Source: Candidatus Poribacteria bacterium (lineage in GTDB: Bacteria > Poribacteria > WGA-4E > WGA-3G). Taken from it: DNA of 64,000 nucleotides. The notes below the pieces were generated by a model, which was not told where the DNA came from, ran no database searches, and worked only from the letters and a program-made list of their open reading frames with translations. The DNA lies in the NCBI GenBank assembly GCA_022821065.1, contig JAJEEK010000057.1:1128-65127 (forward strand), read 5' to 3'. A program made the translations under genes and the position numbers. Positions 7,515 to 17,872 of this stretch are shown piece after piece. Positions within the stretch are counted from its first letter, which is position 1, and each line of letters opens with the position of its first letter.

Positions 7515-9815
7515 CTACACTGCGCCGTTCATTTTCCTTGCGACCCAGAATACGCCGAGCAAAAAGATTAAGAGACCCGCCCAAATCGGGTGCGCCCAGA
7601 TTCGTGTGCGATGGACAGTCGGTTCGGGTTCCGGCAACGCTGCGAGATATTCCAATAGATTCGGTACTTCAGAGACCGATACGAGTTTGCCGCCGGTAAT
7701 CTTGGCGATCTCCTCTAATACATCAAAACGCGCCAATCGTCCCTGCTGTTCCCGGTTTAAGCCTTGCACAGAGAGATCCGTTTGTATAGAAGCCCCCGTC
7801 TCGCTACTGCTCGCAACGAGACGATAGTTCCCCGGTTCCTTCGGCACAAACGAACCGACGAACAACCCGGTTAAGTCCTCCGTGCCGGGTTGTAATCGGA
7901 TTGTCTGTGTCTTACCGGATGGCGAAATCGCTTGTACCACCACCGTGCCGCTATCCAAGGGTCCCCCCACATTGTCAATAGCGTTGGCATTCAACGTCAA
8001 GACATCATCGACATTCGGTCTGTCCGGTGAATAGAAGAGCCGTATAGATTCGCTCTGCGCCATCTGCCGTCGGTACGCCATCCAGCGTGCGACCTGACTC
8101 CAGAAGCGGTAGTGGTATTTGTCCTCAACGCCTTGTCGCCAACGCCAAGCACTGTCTGTCCCCATAAATAGGACTTTGCCGGTGCCGTACGTTTTGGTTA
8201 CGATTAACGGTACACGTCCTGAGGCGGTCGCGACTTGGTCGTGAACTGCGAGTGTCTCGGTGCCGACCTTGGTGCGCTCGACACCGGCGTACCAGAAAAA
8301 TCCGGGCAGTTTGCGCCACACTTCGCTGTTATTCTCATCGGTATCCCCGAGGCGGGTTAGTAGACTCCGCTGCCCCGAGGCGGTGAGTGCGAAATATCCT
8401 TGATCACTCGACCCGACACCCTCAGGTGTCGCTGGATCCAAGACCACAGGATAGAGGTCACCGAGCGGTCCTGAGATCAGTGAATCGTGTGAACCTTTAC
8501 GCCCTGGCATAAAGACGAGTCCGGAAGCCTGTGCACTGACCAACTTCCTTAATTCCTGTGTCTGTTCAACAGTTAGTTGTCCCTCTTTGATACCGACATC
8601 TCCAAGGAACACGACATCGTAACGGCGCAACTCGCGTGCGTCAGGAAAACGTTTGATGTAGCTGCGACCGCCACCGACTTTCGGCAATTCGGGGTGAAAG
8701 AGGAGGCATGTCACTTCAACGCCCGGATCCCGCTCCAAAGCGTTCCTTAGATACCGGTATTCCCATCGTGGATAAGATTCGATGACAAGCACTTTTAATT
8801 GTTCTTCACGTATGGATATGGGTGCGGAAATCTCATTATTTTCGGGTATCAACTCCTCAGCATCTTTGGCAATATGGAGGCTCAACGTGTATTCCCCTGT
8901 CGCTGGCAACGTACAGACGATATTATCTTGCGCTTGGCGCATCGCGGGAACACGGACAACTTTGCTAATTTGTTTATCGGCAGTCGTAGGCGTGGATCCC
9001 GACTTTTTATTTATATTCAGTGTGACGCGAACATCTCGATCTTGCCCCAAGGTGCTACGGACAACAAAGGGAATACGAACCTGTTTATTGACCACCGCAA
9101 AGGTCGGTGCATCCATCCGGACCAACTCTAGGTCTGGGAGCGGGATCCGACTGCCGACACCGACGGCGAACACGGGGATCCCTTTCATCCGAAACCGTGT
9201 AGCTGCTTCGACTGGCGAGTTGCCGACGTTCCAATCGCCATCTGACAGAAGCACCACACCCCGAAGGTTGGTATGGTTGTCCAGAACGTGTGAGAGTCCG
9301 GCATTCAGGTCTGTCGCTTCTTCTGGCGGGTCTAACGCCGAAGAGAACGGTTCAAACACGACAGTGAGCTCGTCTGTATCCTGCGCGTTTTCCGTAACAG
9401 GCGTGGATGTGCCTTTCCAGATTGCCTCGGACATCAACGGTTGAATCGCTTCAGTGCGGCTCTTCGATTGAACAGGGGGTTCACCGGGTCCCGTTCCAGC
9501 GTCAAGAACATCCCGTGTCTCCATACTTTTAGATTGGTCCCAGAGCACAGCGAGTGTTGAGCGTCGATCCGGCGGTTGCGTCTTCAGCCATTCCGGTTGA
9601 TTCAGCGTGGCAACAACCAAGCAGACCAACACGAAACGCAGTACCTCAAGCCATCCGGTCTGTTTGCGATAGCCGCTGCGGTGCCACGCCAACCAGCACA
9701 AGGCACCCGTCACAGCGATCACCAACAGTCCCAAAACCGTGATGGAACCGCTTGAAAGAAATTCTAAACTTCCTTGTTGTTCTTGCATTCTTGTGCCCTC
9801 TTTTTTGGCTATCAC
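7515..9815 (-). CDS. Membrane protein of the MoxR/Bat cluster with vWA-like and class-I glutamine-amidotransferase-like regions
   Basis: 766-aa ORF with N- and C-terminal TM helices. Motifs GVVLLSDGDWNVG and VVFLGDVG..GLVFMPG resemble BatB-like/GATase1-like membrane proteins. The assignment is tentative. Confidence 0.6.
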   Translation of the reverse strand: MIAKKEGTRMQEQQGSLEFLSSGSITVLGLLVIAVTGALCWLAWHRSGYRKQTGWLEVLRFVLVCLVVATLNQPEWLKTQPPDRRSTLAVLWDQSKSMETRDVLDAGTGPGEPPVQSKSRTEAIQPLMSEAIWKGTSTPVTENAQDTDELTVVFEPFSSALDPPEEATDLNAGLSHVLDNHTNLRGVVLLSDGDWNVGNSPVEAATRFRMKGIPVFAVGVGSRIPLPDLELVRMDAPTFAVVNKQVRIPFVVRSTLGQDRDVRVTLNINKKSGSTPTTADKQISKVVRVPAMRQAQDNIVCTLPATGEYTLSLHIAKDAEELIPENNEISAPISIREEQLKVLVIESYPRWEYRYLRNALERDPGVEVTCLLFHPELPKVGGGRSYIKRFPDARELRRYDVVFLGDVGIKEGQLTVEQTQELRKLVSAQASGLVFMPGRKGSHDSLISGPLGDLYPVVLDPATPEGVGSSDQGYFALTASGQRSLLTRLGDTDENNSEVWRKLPGFFWYAGVERTKVGTETLAVHDQVATASGRVPLIVTKTYGTGKVLFMGTDSAWRWRQGVEDKYHYRFWSQVARWMAYRRQMAQSESIRLFYSPDRPNVDDVLTLNANAIDNVGGPLDSGTVVVQAISPSGKTQTIRLQPGTEDLTGLFVGSFVPKEPGNYRLVASSSETGASIQTDLSVQGLNREQQGRLARFDVLEEIAKITGGKLVSVSEVPNLLEYLAALPEPEPTVHRTRIWAHPIWAGLLIFLLGVFWVARKMNGAV

Positions 9816-9830
9816 CGTTCTTGCCGACTA

Positions 9831-11855
9831 CTACTCCGTTCTGCCATCTGCGGTTGCGAGGTCCATTAAAGGGCTGCTTTCGGTTTTTCGGCTCGGCAAA
9901 CTTAGCACTGCCTCCACAATGAGTGCTAACGCCATTGCGATGAGGAAGATACGCCAGAGTTCGCTCGCTAAGGCAGACGTATCCCCAACATCAACATCAA
10001 TTCGCCGATACGACAGTCCGTCAAACAGCACATCCACTGCCTCAAGGGACGCTGTTTTGGCAGTATCCTCAGCCTGACTGCGGTTCACGGCGACCCAATG
10101 CGTGTCGTCTTGATAAATGCCAGCATGCAATCCATGCGTTGAGAGGGATGCGGTTTCTTCTTCAGGGGCGACCGATGTCCACTGTTCTCGATCTGCGAGT
10201 ACACCGAGTTCGGCATCGCGTTGAGATGCCATAGCCAACGCCAGGCCCCCTTCAGTCAACGCTCGCTGTAGCATAACATAAAACGCGACACCGTCCCGTT
10301 CGAGAGAAGAAAACTGCGCTGTCGGTAGTGTGCTACAGAAATAGACTGCGCCGTGATCCGTCGCTACACGGGTCAATAGCGGTGCGTCATCGTCAAACCT
10401 TGCCAACGGTGTTCCGGTGCCTTCAAGTGTGCGATACCGATAGGTGCGTAAATCGTTCAAAGGCAAGGCCTCGCCGCTCTCTACATGTGCCAACAGATCC
10501 GCATCGCCACGCCACCATGAGAGTTTAGAGACCTGATCACTATTAGACGCATGCCAATCCCCCCACTGTGAATCAAACAGCTGTTCGCCAGCACCTCCGG
10601 GTCCCGGTGGAAAGAACATCGCGACACGTCCACTGTTGACGAAATGCGTAATCTGTTCGGCGACCAACCCACGCGGCAACGCCGCTTGCCACACCAACAG
10701 TGCGGTACGCTCCCAGTCAATCTCTGCGACACGGTTCACGGGGATCACATCAACCCGGTGTTTTAATCGGTTGTCGATCGGAACTGCGAGTGCCCGACGG
10801 AACGCCTCACCAACCTTTGCGTCGTCACTAACGATGACCGCCTTCCGTACGGGGGGTTCTGCAAAGACGAAGAAAAACCGATTGTCCAGTGGGTTCGCAT
10901 CGCCGGGTAAACTCACCAAGCCCCACCCCGAACTGAGCTTGCCATCAATAGGGATACGGTGTCCTTGCAAAGAGGCACCAAGCGTGTCAAGCTCCACTTC
11001 AACCACGGAACGAACATTATTGACTTCAAACGCAATCGGTATCTGCTGTGCACCACTGCTGCCATCGGTTCTGCGGACTATCACATCAAGAATGAGTTCT
11101 GCGGTGCTGCCGCGCTGCCACCGTTGCACGTTTTCCAGTCTGACCGATAAATTACTTGAAGGCGGGTCTGCATAAGCGAGTAAGAAATGATGCACGCCCT
11201 GTAGTTCAGCAAACGCCTCGCGTATGGCGTTCCATCGCCCGCTGTGAACGTCCCAATCGTTCTCTTTCAAGTCCGAACAGATCCAGATTTCGGTGCGTCC
11301 CGACTCGTTTGCCTTAAGGTACGCTAACGCCGTTTCAAGCATCGCTGGAATATTTGCGCTGGTGGCACTTGCCTCGGTCACAGGTAGGTTCAATAGTGCT
11401 TTCGGTGAATCCACCTCCTGCATCTGACCGGTGGCACTATCAATAAGGATCAGGTGTGTCCCGTAATCGCCTTGCTCCAGCAATTCCGCGAGTCGTTTCA
11501 GTGCTGTGGTTCTCTTGGATTCGCCAGCCTGCAGGTCTTTCATCTCCATACTGGCGGAACGGTCGAGAAGGATTAGGGTGGCATCGGGTTTACTTAACCC
11601 GACGCTTCCTAACCACCCACCGGAGAGCGGACGACTCACAGCAAAGATGAGTGCTCCGACAGCCAGCACACGCATCAGCAAGATAAGGAGGTGTCGCAGG
11701 CGTGCCATCCCTCGACTCATACGTTTCGCGCGCATCAGGAACATCATCGCTGCCCAAGGGATGGTGCGGTGCCGTTGCTGATTAATTAAGTGGATGAGGA
11801 CTGGCAACGCCATCAGTGGAAGTGCGATTAATACTAACGGTTGCAGAAAACTCAT
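9831..11855 (-). CDS. BatA-type protein with an N-terminal double-TM aerotolerance-regulator domain and a vWA domain
   Basis: The N-terminus MSFLQPLVLIALPLMALPVLIHLINQQRHRTIPWAAMMFL matches the BatA_N/TIGR02226-type signature. A MIDAS-like LLDRSASM motif is present. Confidence 0.75.
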   Translation of the reverse strand: MSFLQPLVLIALPLMALPVLIHLINQQRHRTIPWAAMMFLMRAKRMSRGMARLRHLLILLMRVLAVGALIFAVSRPLSGGWLGSVGLSKPDATLILLDRSASMEMKDLQAGESKRTTALKRLAELLEQGDYGTHLILIDSATGQMQEVDSPKALLNLPVTEASATSANIPAMLETALAYLKANESGRTEIWICSDLKENDWDVHSGRWNAIREAFAELQGVHHFLLAYADPPSSNLSVRLENVQRWQRGSTAELILDVIVRRTDGSSGAQQIPIAFEVNNVRSVVEVELDTLGASLQGHRIPIDGKLSSGWGLVSLPGDANPLDNRFFFVFAEPPVRKAVIVSDDAKVGEAFRRALAVPIDNRLKHRVDVIPVNRVAEIDWERTALLVWQAALPRGLVAEQITHFVNSGRVAMFFPPGPGGAGEQLFDSQWGDWHASNSDQVSKLSWWRGDADLLAHVESGEALPLNDLRTYRYRTLEGTGTPLARFDDDAPLLTRVATDHGAVYFCSTLPTAQFSSLERDGVAFYVMLQRALTEGGLALAMASQRDAELGVLADREQWTSVAPEEETASLSTHGLHAGIYQDDTHWVAVNRSQAEDTAKTASLEAVDVLFDGLSYRRIDVDVGDTSALASELWRIFLIAMALALIVEAVLSLPSRKTESSPLMDLATADGRTE

Positions 11856-11945
11856 GTTTTTAACTTTCCTTGCGGTTCGTTCAGGCGGGTTTTACGAAGA
11901 AGCGTTCTCTCCCTTATCCGCCTTCCACTTCGTTTCAGGCTAACA
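11856..11945 (-). promoter_or_regulatory. Conserved intergenic leader module (copy 1)
   Basis: The minus strand reads TAGCCTGAAACGAAGTGGAAGG ... AACCCGCCTGAACGAACCGCAAGGAAAGTTAAAAACATG. The same two blocks recur at 26207-26349. Confidence 0.55.
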
Positions 11946-11986
11946 GAATCGATAAAAGACTGGAAAGAAGGGTGTAAGAGCAGTTT

Positions 11987-12919
11987 TCACTTGTGCTTCT
12001 TTGGTGTCCGTCCCAACAAAAATCGTGCCAATACGTCTCCGTAGTTCTCGTGGATACGGATCCGATGGTAGTCAACTTCGGTGTCGCGAATGACCTCGTC
12101 CATACTTTCGAGGTACATCTCCATTGCGCGTCGGTATTGCGCGCCGATGACAGTTGGGTCTGCGAGTATCGGTTCGCCGCCTTCCATGTCAACAAACCGT
12201 ATGGGACGATCGAACTCAAAATCGAGTTCGCTCTGCTCCATGAGATGAAATACAGCGACATCGTGCTTACGGAACCGGAGATGCTCAAAACAATTCCGCA
12301 CGGTTCCGGGTTCAATGAACAGGTCTGAAATAACAACGATGAGTGCTCTCTGCGGGACCCGTTCGGCGGTTTCATGGAGAACGTCAGCCAATCCGGTCTC
12401 ACCTGATGCCTCCATCGCGCCTAATTCATCAAGGACTGTGCCGAGATGCGTCGCGCTCCGCTTCGGTGGGATTTCTTTATGGAATGTTGTGCCTGCACAA
12501 TAGAGTCCAACGGCATCGCCTTGTAAGGCGGCTATATATGCCAAGGTGCCTGCGATTCGGCGGGCATAGTCGAGTTTACTCATATCCGGGTCGCCATCCG
12601 TTGTGGCAGACGGCGTGTGTGCGTAACCCATTGAACCACTGGTATCAACGACCAAGCACATCCGCAGGTTGGTATCGGCTTCAAACTCTTTAATGTAGTA
12701 GCGATCATTACGGGCATAAGCACGCCAGTCGAGTCGCCGTGTGTCGTCGCCTGGGACGTATTTGCGATATTCGGCAAACTCAAGGCTGGAACCGCGAATC
12801 GGACTCCGGTGTTTACCGGATACATTCCCGATCATAGGTAACCGAGCGTGGAGTTGGAGCGTGGAAAGCCGTTCAAGGACCTGTTGGTTAAGGTAATCTC
12901 GTCTGAGTTGTAGTGCCAT
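11987..12919 (-). CDS. DUF58 (vWA-like) protein, MoxR partner
   Basis: 310-aa ORF with HRSPxxGSSxEFxEYRxYxPGD and VVDTSGSM motifs typical of DUF58. It lies directly downstream of MoxR. Confidence 0.85.
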   Translation of the reverse strand: MALQLRRDYLNQQVLERLSTLQLHARLPMIGNVSGKHRSPIRGSSLEFAEYRKYVPGDDTRRLDWRAYARNDRYYIKEFEADTNLRMCLVVDTSGSMGYAHTPSATTDGDPDMSKLDYARRIAGTLAYIAALQGDAVGLYCAGTTFHKEIPPKRSATHLGTVLDELGAMEASGETGLADVLHETAERVPQRALIVVISDLFIEPGTVRNCFEHLRFRKHDVAVFHLMEQSELDFEFDRPIRFVDMEGGEPILADPTVIGAQYRRAMEMYLESMDEVIRDTEVDYHRIRIHENYGDVLARFLLGRTPKKHK

Positions 12920-12950
12920 TTTTTATCTTCCGCAAGGCGTTAAATCAAGT

Positions 12951-13071
12951 GGTTTGTTTAATAACAGTTCTCGCTTTTAGTAGCCTTCAGCCTTCAGCCT
13001 TCAGCACATTAGCCGTCAGCCAGAGAACTGTGGTTTAACAAACATTCTCTTTGCCGATAGCCGATAGCCAT
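12951..13071. repeat. Heptamer-armed intergenic hairpin element (family 3, copy b), between MoxR and DUF58
   Basis: The arms are AGCCTTC x3 and GCCGATA x2. An inverted repeat pairs GGTTTGTTTAATAACAGTTCTC with GAGAACTGTGGTTTAACAAAC. The core is CAGAGAA..GGTTTAA..TTCTCTTTG. Confidence 0.6.
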
Positions 13072-13080
13072 CACAAGGTT

Positions 13081-14097
13081 TTATTGCTCTGACAACTCTT
13101 CGACGAGACGGTTGACGATATCTTGGCTGGTAATGTTCTCAGATTCCGCTGCGAATGACGTAATAACACGATGTGCCAGCACCGGATTTGCGACTGCGAC
13201 GACATCTTCAAGCCGAGCCATGTAACTGCCACTGAGTGCTGCGCGTGCTTTCGCCCCTAAGATTAGGTATTGAACTGCGCGAGGACCGGCACCCCAAGCG
13301 ACAAGCGGTTTTAGCCAGTCAGGTGTTGCATCGCCTTTCGGGCGCGTGCTACGCACCAAATCGACAGCGAATTCATAGATATGTTCCGCGACAGGCACCC
13401 GACGGACAAGGTCTTGAAAGGCGAGTACCTCTTCACCCGTTAGCACGGATTCCAGCGTTGGCAGTGCAACACCGGTTGTGGTACGAGCGATCTCTATCTC
13501 CTCGGATCGTGCCGGATAGTCTACCTCAATCCTGAACATGAACCGGTCAAGTTGCGCCTCTGGTAGCGGATACGTGCCTTCCTGTTCAATCGGGTTCTGG
13601 GTCGCGAGTACGAAGAACGGCGGATCCAGCGAGTACGTTCTACCGATGACGGTAATCTTGTATTCCTGCATCGCTTCGAGCATAGCAGCTTGTGTTTTTG
13701 AGGGTGCCCGGTTAATCTCGTCCGCCAGAATAAGATTTGCGAACAGTGGCCCTTTTACGAACTCGAATTCGCGTCTACCGCCGGGGATTTCTTGAAGGAT
13801 GTCGGTTCCCGTGATGTCCATCGGCATCAGATCGGGGGTGAATTGGATTCGGCTGAATTGCAATGCCATCGTCTCGGCGAAACGTCTCACTAACAACGTT
13901 TTCGCTAAGCCGGGGACACCCATCAACAGCGCGTGCCCTTGCGAAAACAAGCAGATCGCCAAATGTTCGATAACCTGCTCCTGACCGACGATGATCTTGG
14001 CAAGTGTTTGTTTTAATTGGTCATAGACGTTCTGGAGTTCGTCAATCGCAGCAACGTCGTCGGCATGCATTGTATCGGTATTTTGCGTTGTTTTCAT
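13081..14097 (-). CDS. MoxR-family AAA+ ATPase
   Basis: 338-aa ORF with Walker A GVPGLAKT, Walker [10 protein letters not shown] and typical MoxR length. Confidence 0.9.
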   Translation of the reverse strand: MKTTQNTDTMHADDVAAIDELQNVYDQLKQTLAKIIVGQEQVIEHLAICLFSQGHALLMGVPGLAKTLLVRRFAETMALQFSRIQFTPDLMPMDITGTDILQEIPGGRREFEFVKGPLFANLILADEINRAPSKTQAAMLEAMQEYKITVIGRTYSLDPPFFVLATQNPIEQEGTYPLPEAQLDRFMFRIEVDYPARSEEIEIARTTTGVALPTLESVLTGEEVLAFQDLVRRVPVAEHIYEFAVDLVRSTRPKGDATPDWLKPLVAWGAGPRAVQYLILGAKARAALSGSYMARLEDVVAVANPVLAHRVITSFAAESENITSQDIVNRLVEELSEQ

Positions 14098-14374
14098 ATA
14101 ATTTTCCCTTCATGTTATTGGAGCAAAATGAATGGTCAGATGATATAGAATGTAAACTTATTGCCATAAGCCACCATAATCAAATTTCTCACAGTTTCTT
14201 ACTAACAGCATTTCTAATTATTAATGACGCAATTTATAGGTGAAAAAGGTGCATAATTTTACTTGAACCCGCTATCAAGCAAAAATCGGTCCCAATTCAC
14301 GATGTGTTCGCGTTAGACACACACAACTTTAGTTGCAAACCGCATCAATTTTCTCTAAAAAATCTGAAAGGGGT

Positions 14375-15823
14375 TTATTGCGCTACAGACAAGACCCAGT
14401 CTCGGATTAAGTCCAGCACCTCTGGTGAGATCGTCTCCTCAATGGCACCGTATTCGTTCATCAAACCTGTAAGCGCACGTTGAAACAGGTGGTTGTGTTT
14501 TGGCAGACGATGCACAGTAACATCCTGATTCCCACCCTTCTCAAGTGCTGCGGAGATGGCGGTGAGGTTTTGATCGGTATCAACTTGTACGTCCAAATCA
14601 CCGTTGAGTGCGAGAACAGGGATACGGATTTTCTCAAACGCAGGACGCGGATCGAAAGTCAAGAAGTAGCGCATCCACGGCGTAAGTGACTGTTCCGCAA
14701 GTGCCTGTACTTGTCCCTCGTCCTGCTTCGCAGGTGGCACACCGTTAATTTCGAGCTGGCTTCGGACAATTGCCTCAACTTTTTGTCGCCGTTCGTCTTC
14801 TCCCATATCCTCTGCAGTCAAGATCGTAAACAACCGGTCAAGGAGCGTGAGTAAACGCTGCTTACGTTCACCTGCGATTCCCGCTGCGTCGAAAATGCGT
14901 TCGTTCTGTTTACGGAGTAACTCGGCACCCGGGACACCGGGACCAGCCATCAGTACGATGAAACCGACATCACTGCTGCGACTCGCGACGATGGCTGCGA
15001 TGAGACCGCCTTCGCTGTGACCGATTAACCCGACGGAACCGATTCGAGCATCCTGCTTGAGGAACGCCACGCCTGCTTCTACATCGGTTGCGAAGTCCGC
15101 TGTGGTTGGCGGTTTGGGATGCGGCGTTGATTTGCCGATACCGGGATCATCGACACGAAGGACGGCGATACCGGCGCGACTGAGATCGTCGGCGAGTACC
15201 CAAAAGGGTTTGTGTCCGACCAACGTTTCGTCTCGATCTTGGAGACCGCTGCCGGAGATGAGCAGCACTGCAGGAAAGGGACCGTCACCAAATGGTAACG
15301 TCAAAGTGCCAGCGAGGTTGACAGTGCCGTTCTGAAATGCGACCTCTTCGATTTTATAGGGGAATGGTGGTTTCGGTTCTTGCGGTCGTGCGGGTACTTT
15401 GACACGCTCACGGGAGAGTTGGAATCCGAATGTGGCACCCCCTTGGCTGAAGGTGCCCCTGATGGCACCGTCTTGTAGTTTGCCATCAAAGGTCGGATTT
15501 CCCGGAATGTCAAGAATCGAAAATTTGACATGCACACTACCATCTTCTTCAACGACGTGGATAGCAGACAGTGGTAAATCGTTTGCCCCTTGGGTCGGAA
15601 TGTCAATAGTTCCTGTCCACTCATTATTATTGCTGGCGAGATCGATTTTTACGGCAATGGGTTGACCCGGAATTTCGATCTGTCCTTCCCAGTGACCGGT
15701 AACACGGCTCTCTGCATGAGAAACTGAAAGACCGACTCCTACTATTGCGATGACGACGACGAGTGCCTTAAGGACATCAGATGCTATCTGTAACCGGAAA
15801 TGCTGATGAAATTTGCTTCGCAC
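14375..15823 (-). CDS. Secreted or membrane-anchored alpha/beta hydrolase (serine hydrolase)
   Basis: 482-aa ORF with an N-terminal hydrophobic anchor, the nucleophile elbow GHSEGG and a C-terminal HNH..F region typical of the fold. Confidence 0.7.
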   Translation of the reverse strand: MRSKFHQHFRLQIASDVLKALVVVIAIVGVGLSVSHAESRVTGHWEGQIEIPGQPIAVKIDLASNNNEWTGTIDIPTQGANDLPLSAIHVVEEDGSVHVKFSILDIPGNPTFDGKLQDGAIRGTFSQGGATFGFQLSRERVKVPARPQEPKPPFPYKIEEVAFQNGTVNLAGTLTLPFGDGPFPAVLLISGSGLQDRDETLVGHKPFWVLADDLSRAGIAVLRVDDPGIGKSTPHPKPPTTADFATDVEAGVAFLKQDARIGSVGLIGHSEGGLIAAIVASRSSDVGFIVLMAGPGVPGAELLRKQNERIFDAAGIAGERKQRLLTLLDRLFTILTAEDMGEDERRQKVEAIVRSQLEINGVPPAKQDEGQVQALAEQSLTPWMRYFLTFDPRPAFEKIRIPVLALNGDLDVQVDTDQNLTAISAALEKGGNQDVTVHRLPKHNHLFQRALTGLMNEYGAIEETISPEVLDLIRDWVLSVAQ

Positions 15824-15842
15824 TTAGATTAATCCTCATAGA

Positions 15843-15989
15843 TAGGACTTACGCACTTTTGAGTGTAGGTGGTTCTGTTAGCCCCCTGTATCCCCCCGCA
15901 AGCGGGGGGTTAGGGGGTTGGAAAACACAGTGTTTTGGCAGCACAAACTAACCGTTTGTGGTACGAAAGCGCAGCAGGCGTAAGTCCTT
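15843..15989 (+). mobile_element. MITE family 1 copy (long subfamily with nested GC-rich hairpin)
   Basis: It carries the family TIRs. The TSD ATAGA lies at 15838-15842 and 15990-15994. The internal sequence CCCCCTGTATCCCCCCGCAAGCGGGGGGTTAGGGGG is present. The right end supplies part of the stop codon of the LamG gene. Confidence 0.85.
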
Positions 15990-16740
15990 ATAGATTGGTT
16001 TTTAGATTTCCCCATGTCGTTGCTAATTTAGCTGCCGGATAGACTGCCAATGCGGATTTGAGTCCTCTTGTCATGAGGGTATTAATATCATCTTCAGTTA
16101 ATGCGGTACTGAAAAACGCGATCTCGTCAAAGACACCGGAATAATATTGTCCCCACTGATGCAAAAAAGTTGCCCCGATACCGATATCCGTAAAAATATA
16201 GGTATCGACAACTGTGTCTTCTTCTTTGCCGTTGTAATAGCCCGTCGCGTTACCCTCGCCATCCAACACAAAAGCGTAGTGTCCCCATTTATTGTCATCA
16301 AATTTTGGGATGACGGGTTTCCACGCTCTGCCCCAAATATCGACTGCTTCACCTTGGAATCGAATAGCGAAAGCCGGATTCGTTGGTCCACTGAGATTTG
16401 ATATTAACCGATCATCATTGGCAGCATCCGTCGGTTTCGCCCACAAGACCATTGTAACCGCGTCAGACAGCCCCAAATTTCCGACAACGACATGCCCTTT
16501 ACTCTCGTTTCCATCAAATTCGAGTGCGGATCCGAATTTACCATTTTTTACCCATTTCGGACTGTTTACAATTTCGCCATCGTTGCCATTTCCAGAGGCA
16601 TCCGCGGCGGTATTCCCCTTACCCTCATCAAAGAGCCATATCCCGACAACGGTTTTCAGATCAAATTCGGCAGTGCCGATATTGGCAAACACCATTAAGC
16701 TGAAACACACAAGCATTAAATTCACCGCTACGATTTTCAT
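15988..16740 (-). CDS. Secreted LamG / concanavalin-A-like lectin-fold protein ending in KLATTWGNLKTNL
   Basis: 250-aa ORF with a signal peptide. Motifs GNGNDGEI..P.W..GKFG.AL.FDG and VFDEIAFFSTALTEDDI are typical of the LamG-like jellyroll. Confidence 0.6.
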   Translation of the reverse strand: MKIVAVNLMLVCFSLMVFANIGTAEFDLKTVVGIWLFDEGKGNTAADASGNGNDGEIVNSPKWVKNGKFGSALEFDGNESKGHVVVGNLGLSDAVTMVLWAKPTDAANDDRLISNLSGPTNPAFAIRFQGEAVDIWGRAWKPVIPKFDDNKWGHYAFVLDGEGNATGYYNGKEEDTVVDTYIFTDIGIGATFLHQWGQYYSGVFDEIAFFSTALTEDDINTLMTRGLKSALAVYPAAKLATTWGNLKTNL

Positions 16741-16778
16741 TGTCCTTGCCTCCTTTTATTTTTTAAGTGAGTTGTAAA

Positions 16779-17837
16779 TTATTCTCCTTCGGCAATTGGA
16801 ACTTTGAGTATTTTTCTCACCTCGCCAGTATGAACATCCCATAAACGGATGGTTTGATCGTTACTCCAACTGACGATTGCCCGTCCATCAGGACTGAACG
16901 CGGCACCGTTGACAGGGGCGGTATGTCCTTTGAGCGTTTTCTTATGTGTCCCCGTGAGAGCATCCCACACGCGAACCGTCTTGTCTCTACTTGCACTCAC
17001 AAGCAGCTGACCATCTGTACTGAAGGCTATGCTATCAATACTTTTTCGATGTCCTTTGAGGGTCTGTTTATGTTCTCCTGTTGCGACATCCCAGAGACGG
17101 ACGGTTTTATCTCCACCTCCACTTGCAAGCGTGCGGCCATCGGGACTGAATGCTACACTCTCAACCTCTTTTTTATGCCCTTTGAGGATTGCCTTTCCCT
17201 CTACTGTGAGAACATCCAACAGACGGATCGTATCACCATCTATACTTACAAGCGTACCGCCGCCAGCGTCAATCCACACATTGACAAAATCTTTATATTT
17301 ATATTTTCTGGATGTTTTCTCGTGCGTGCTTGTGGCAATATCCCATAGACTGATCTCATACCTCCCCCAACTTGCGAGTGTATCGCCATCACGACTGAAT
17401 AGGACACGCAGATTTCGTCCATGGTCGGTTATGAAAGTTTTCTTATGTTCGCCGGTATTAACGTCCCAGAGGCGGATAAGTTCGTCTTCACAGCTGCCCG
17501 CGAGCATCTGTCCATCTGGACTGAACGACACATCATAGGCCCCCATTCTATCCGTTGTAAGCAGTGCGGGTTCTTTATCACTGTTCATATCATAGAGCAA
17601 AGTGCCGATAGAACCAGCGACCGCTAAACGGGTCCCGTCTGGGGAATACTGTATATCATTAATTCCACTTGTATTAACATGCCTTGAAAGGATAGTTGCT
17701 ATAAAAAAAATGAAAGCAATACCGATCACCAAACCGACGGCAAAAAATAGTATGTTTTGCAGACGCTTTGGAATGACACGCACCAGAAAAACCGAAGCAA
17801 TACCCGCCACAAGACCGATAAACAGACTCTTTTCCAC
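16779..17837 (-). CDS. Membrane-anchored WD40-repeat beta-propeller protein
   Basis: 352-aa ORF with two N-terminal TM helices, followed by repeated FSPDG..LASG..D.T(I/V)RLWD blades. Confidence 0.85.
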   Translation of the reverse strand: MEKSLFIGLVAGIASVFLVRVIPKRLQNILFFAVGLVIGIAFIFFIATILSRHVNTSGINDIQYSPDGTRLAVAGSIGTLLYDMNSDKEPALLTTDRMGAYDVSFSPDGQMLAGSCEDELIRLWDVNTGEHKKTFITDHGRNLRVLFSRDGDTLASWGRYEISLWDIATSTHEKTSRKYKYKDFVNVWIDAGGGTLVSIDGDTIRLLDVLTVEGKAILKGHKKEVESVAFSPDGRTLASGGGDKTVRLWDVATGEHKQTLKGHRKSIDSIAFSTDGQLLVSASRDKTVRVWDALTGTHKKTLKGHTAPVNGAAFSPDGRAIVSWSNDQTIRLWDVHTGEVRKILKVPIAEGE

Positions 17838-17872
17838 CAGAAAATTCTCCTTTTACACGAGCACTATTCGTA

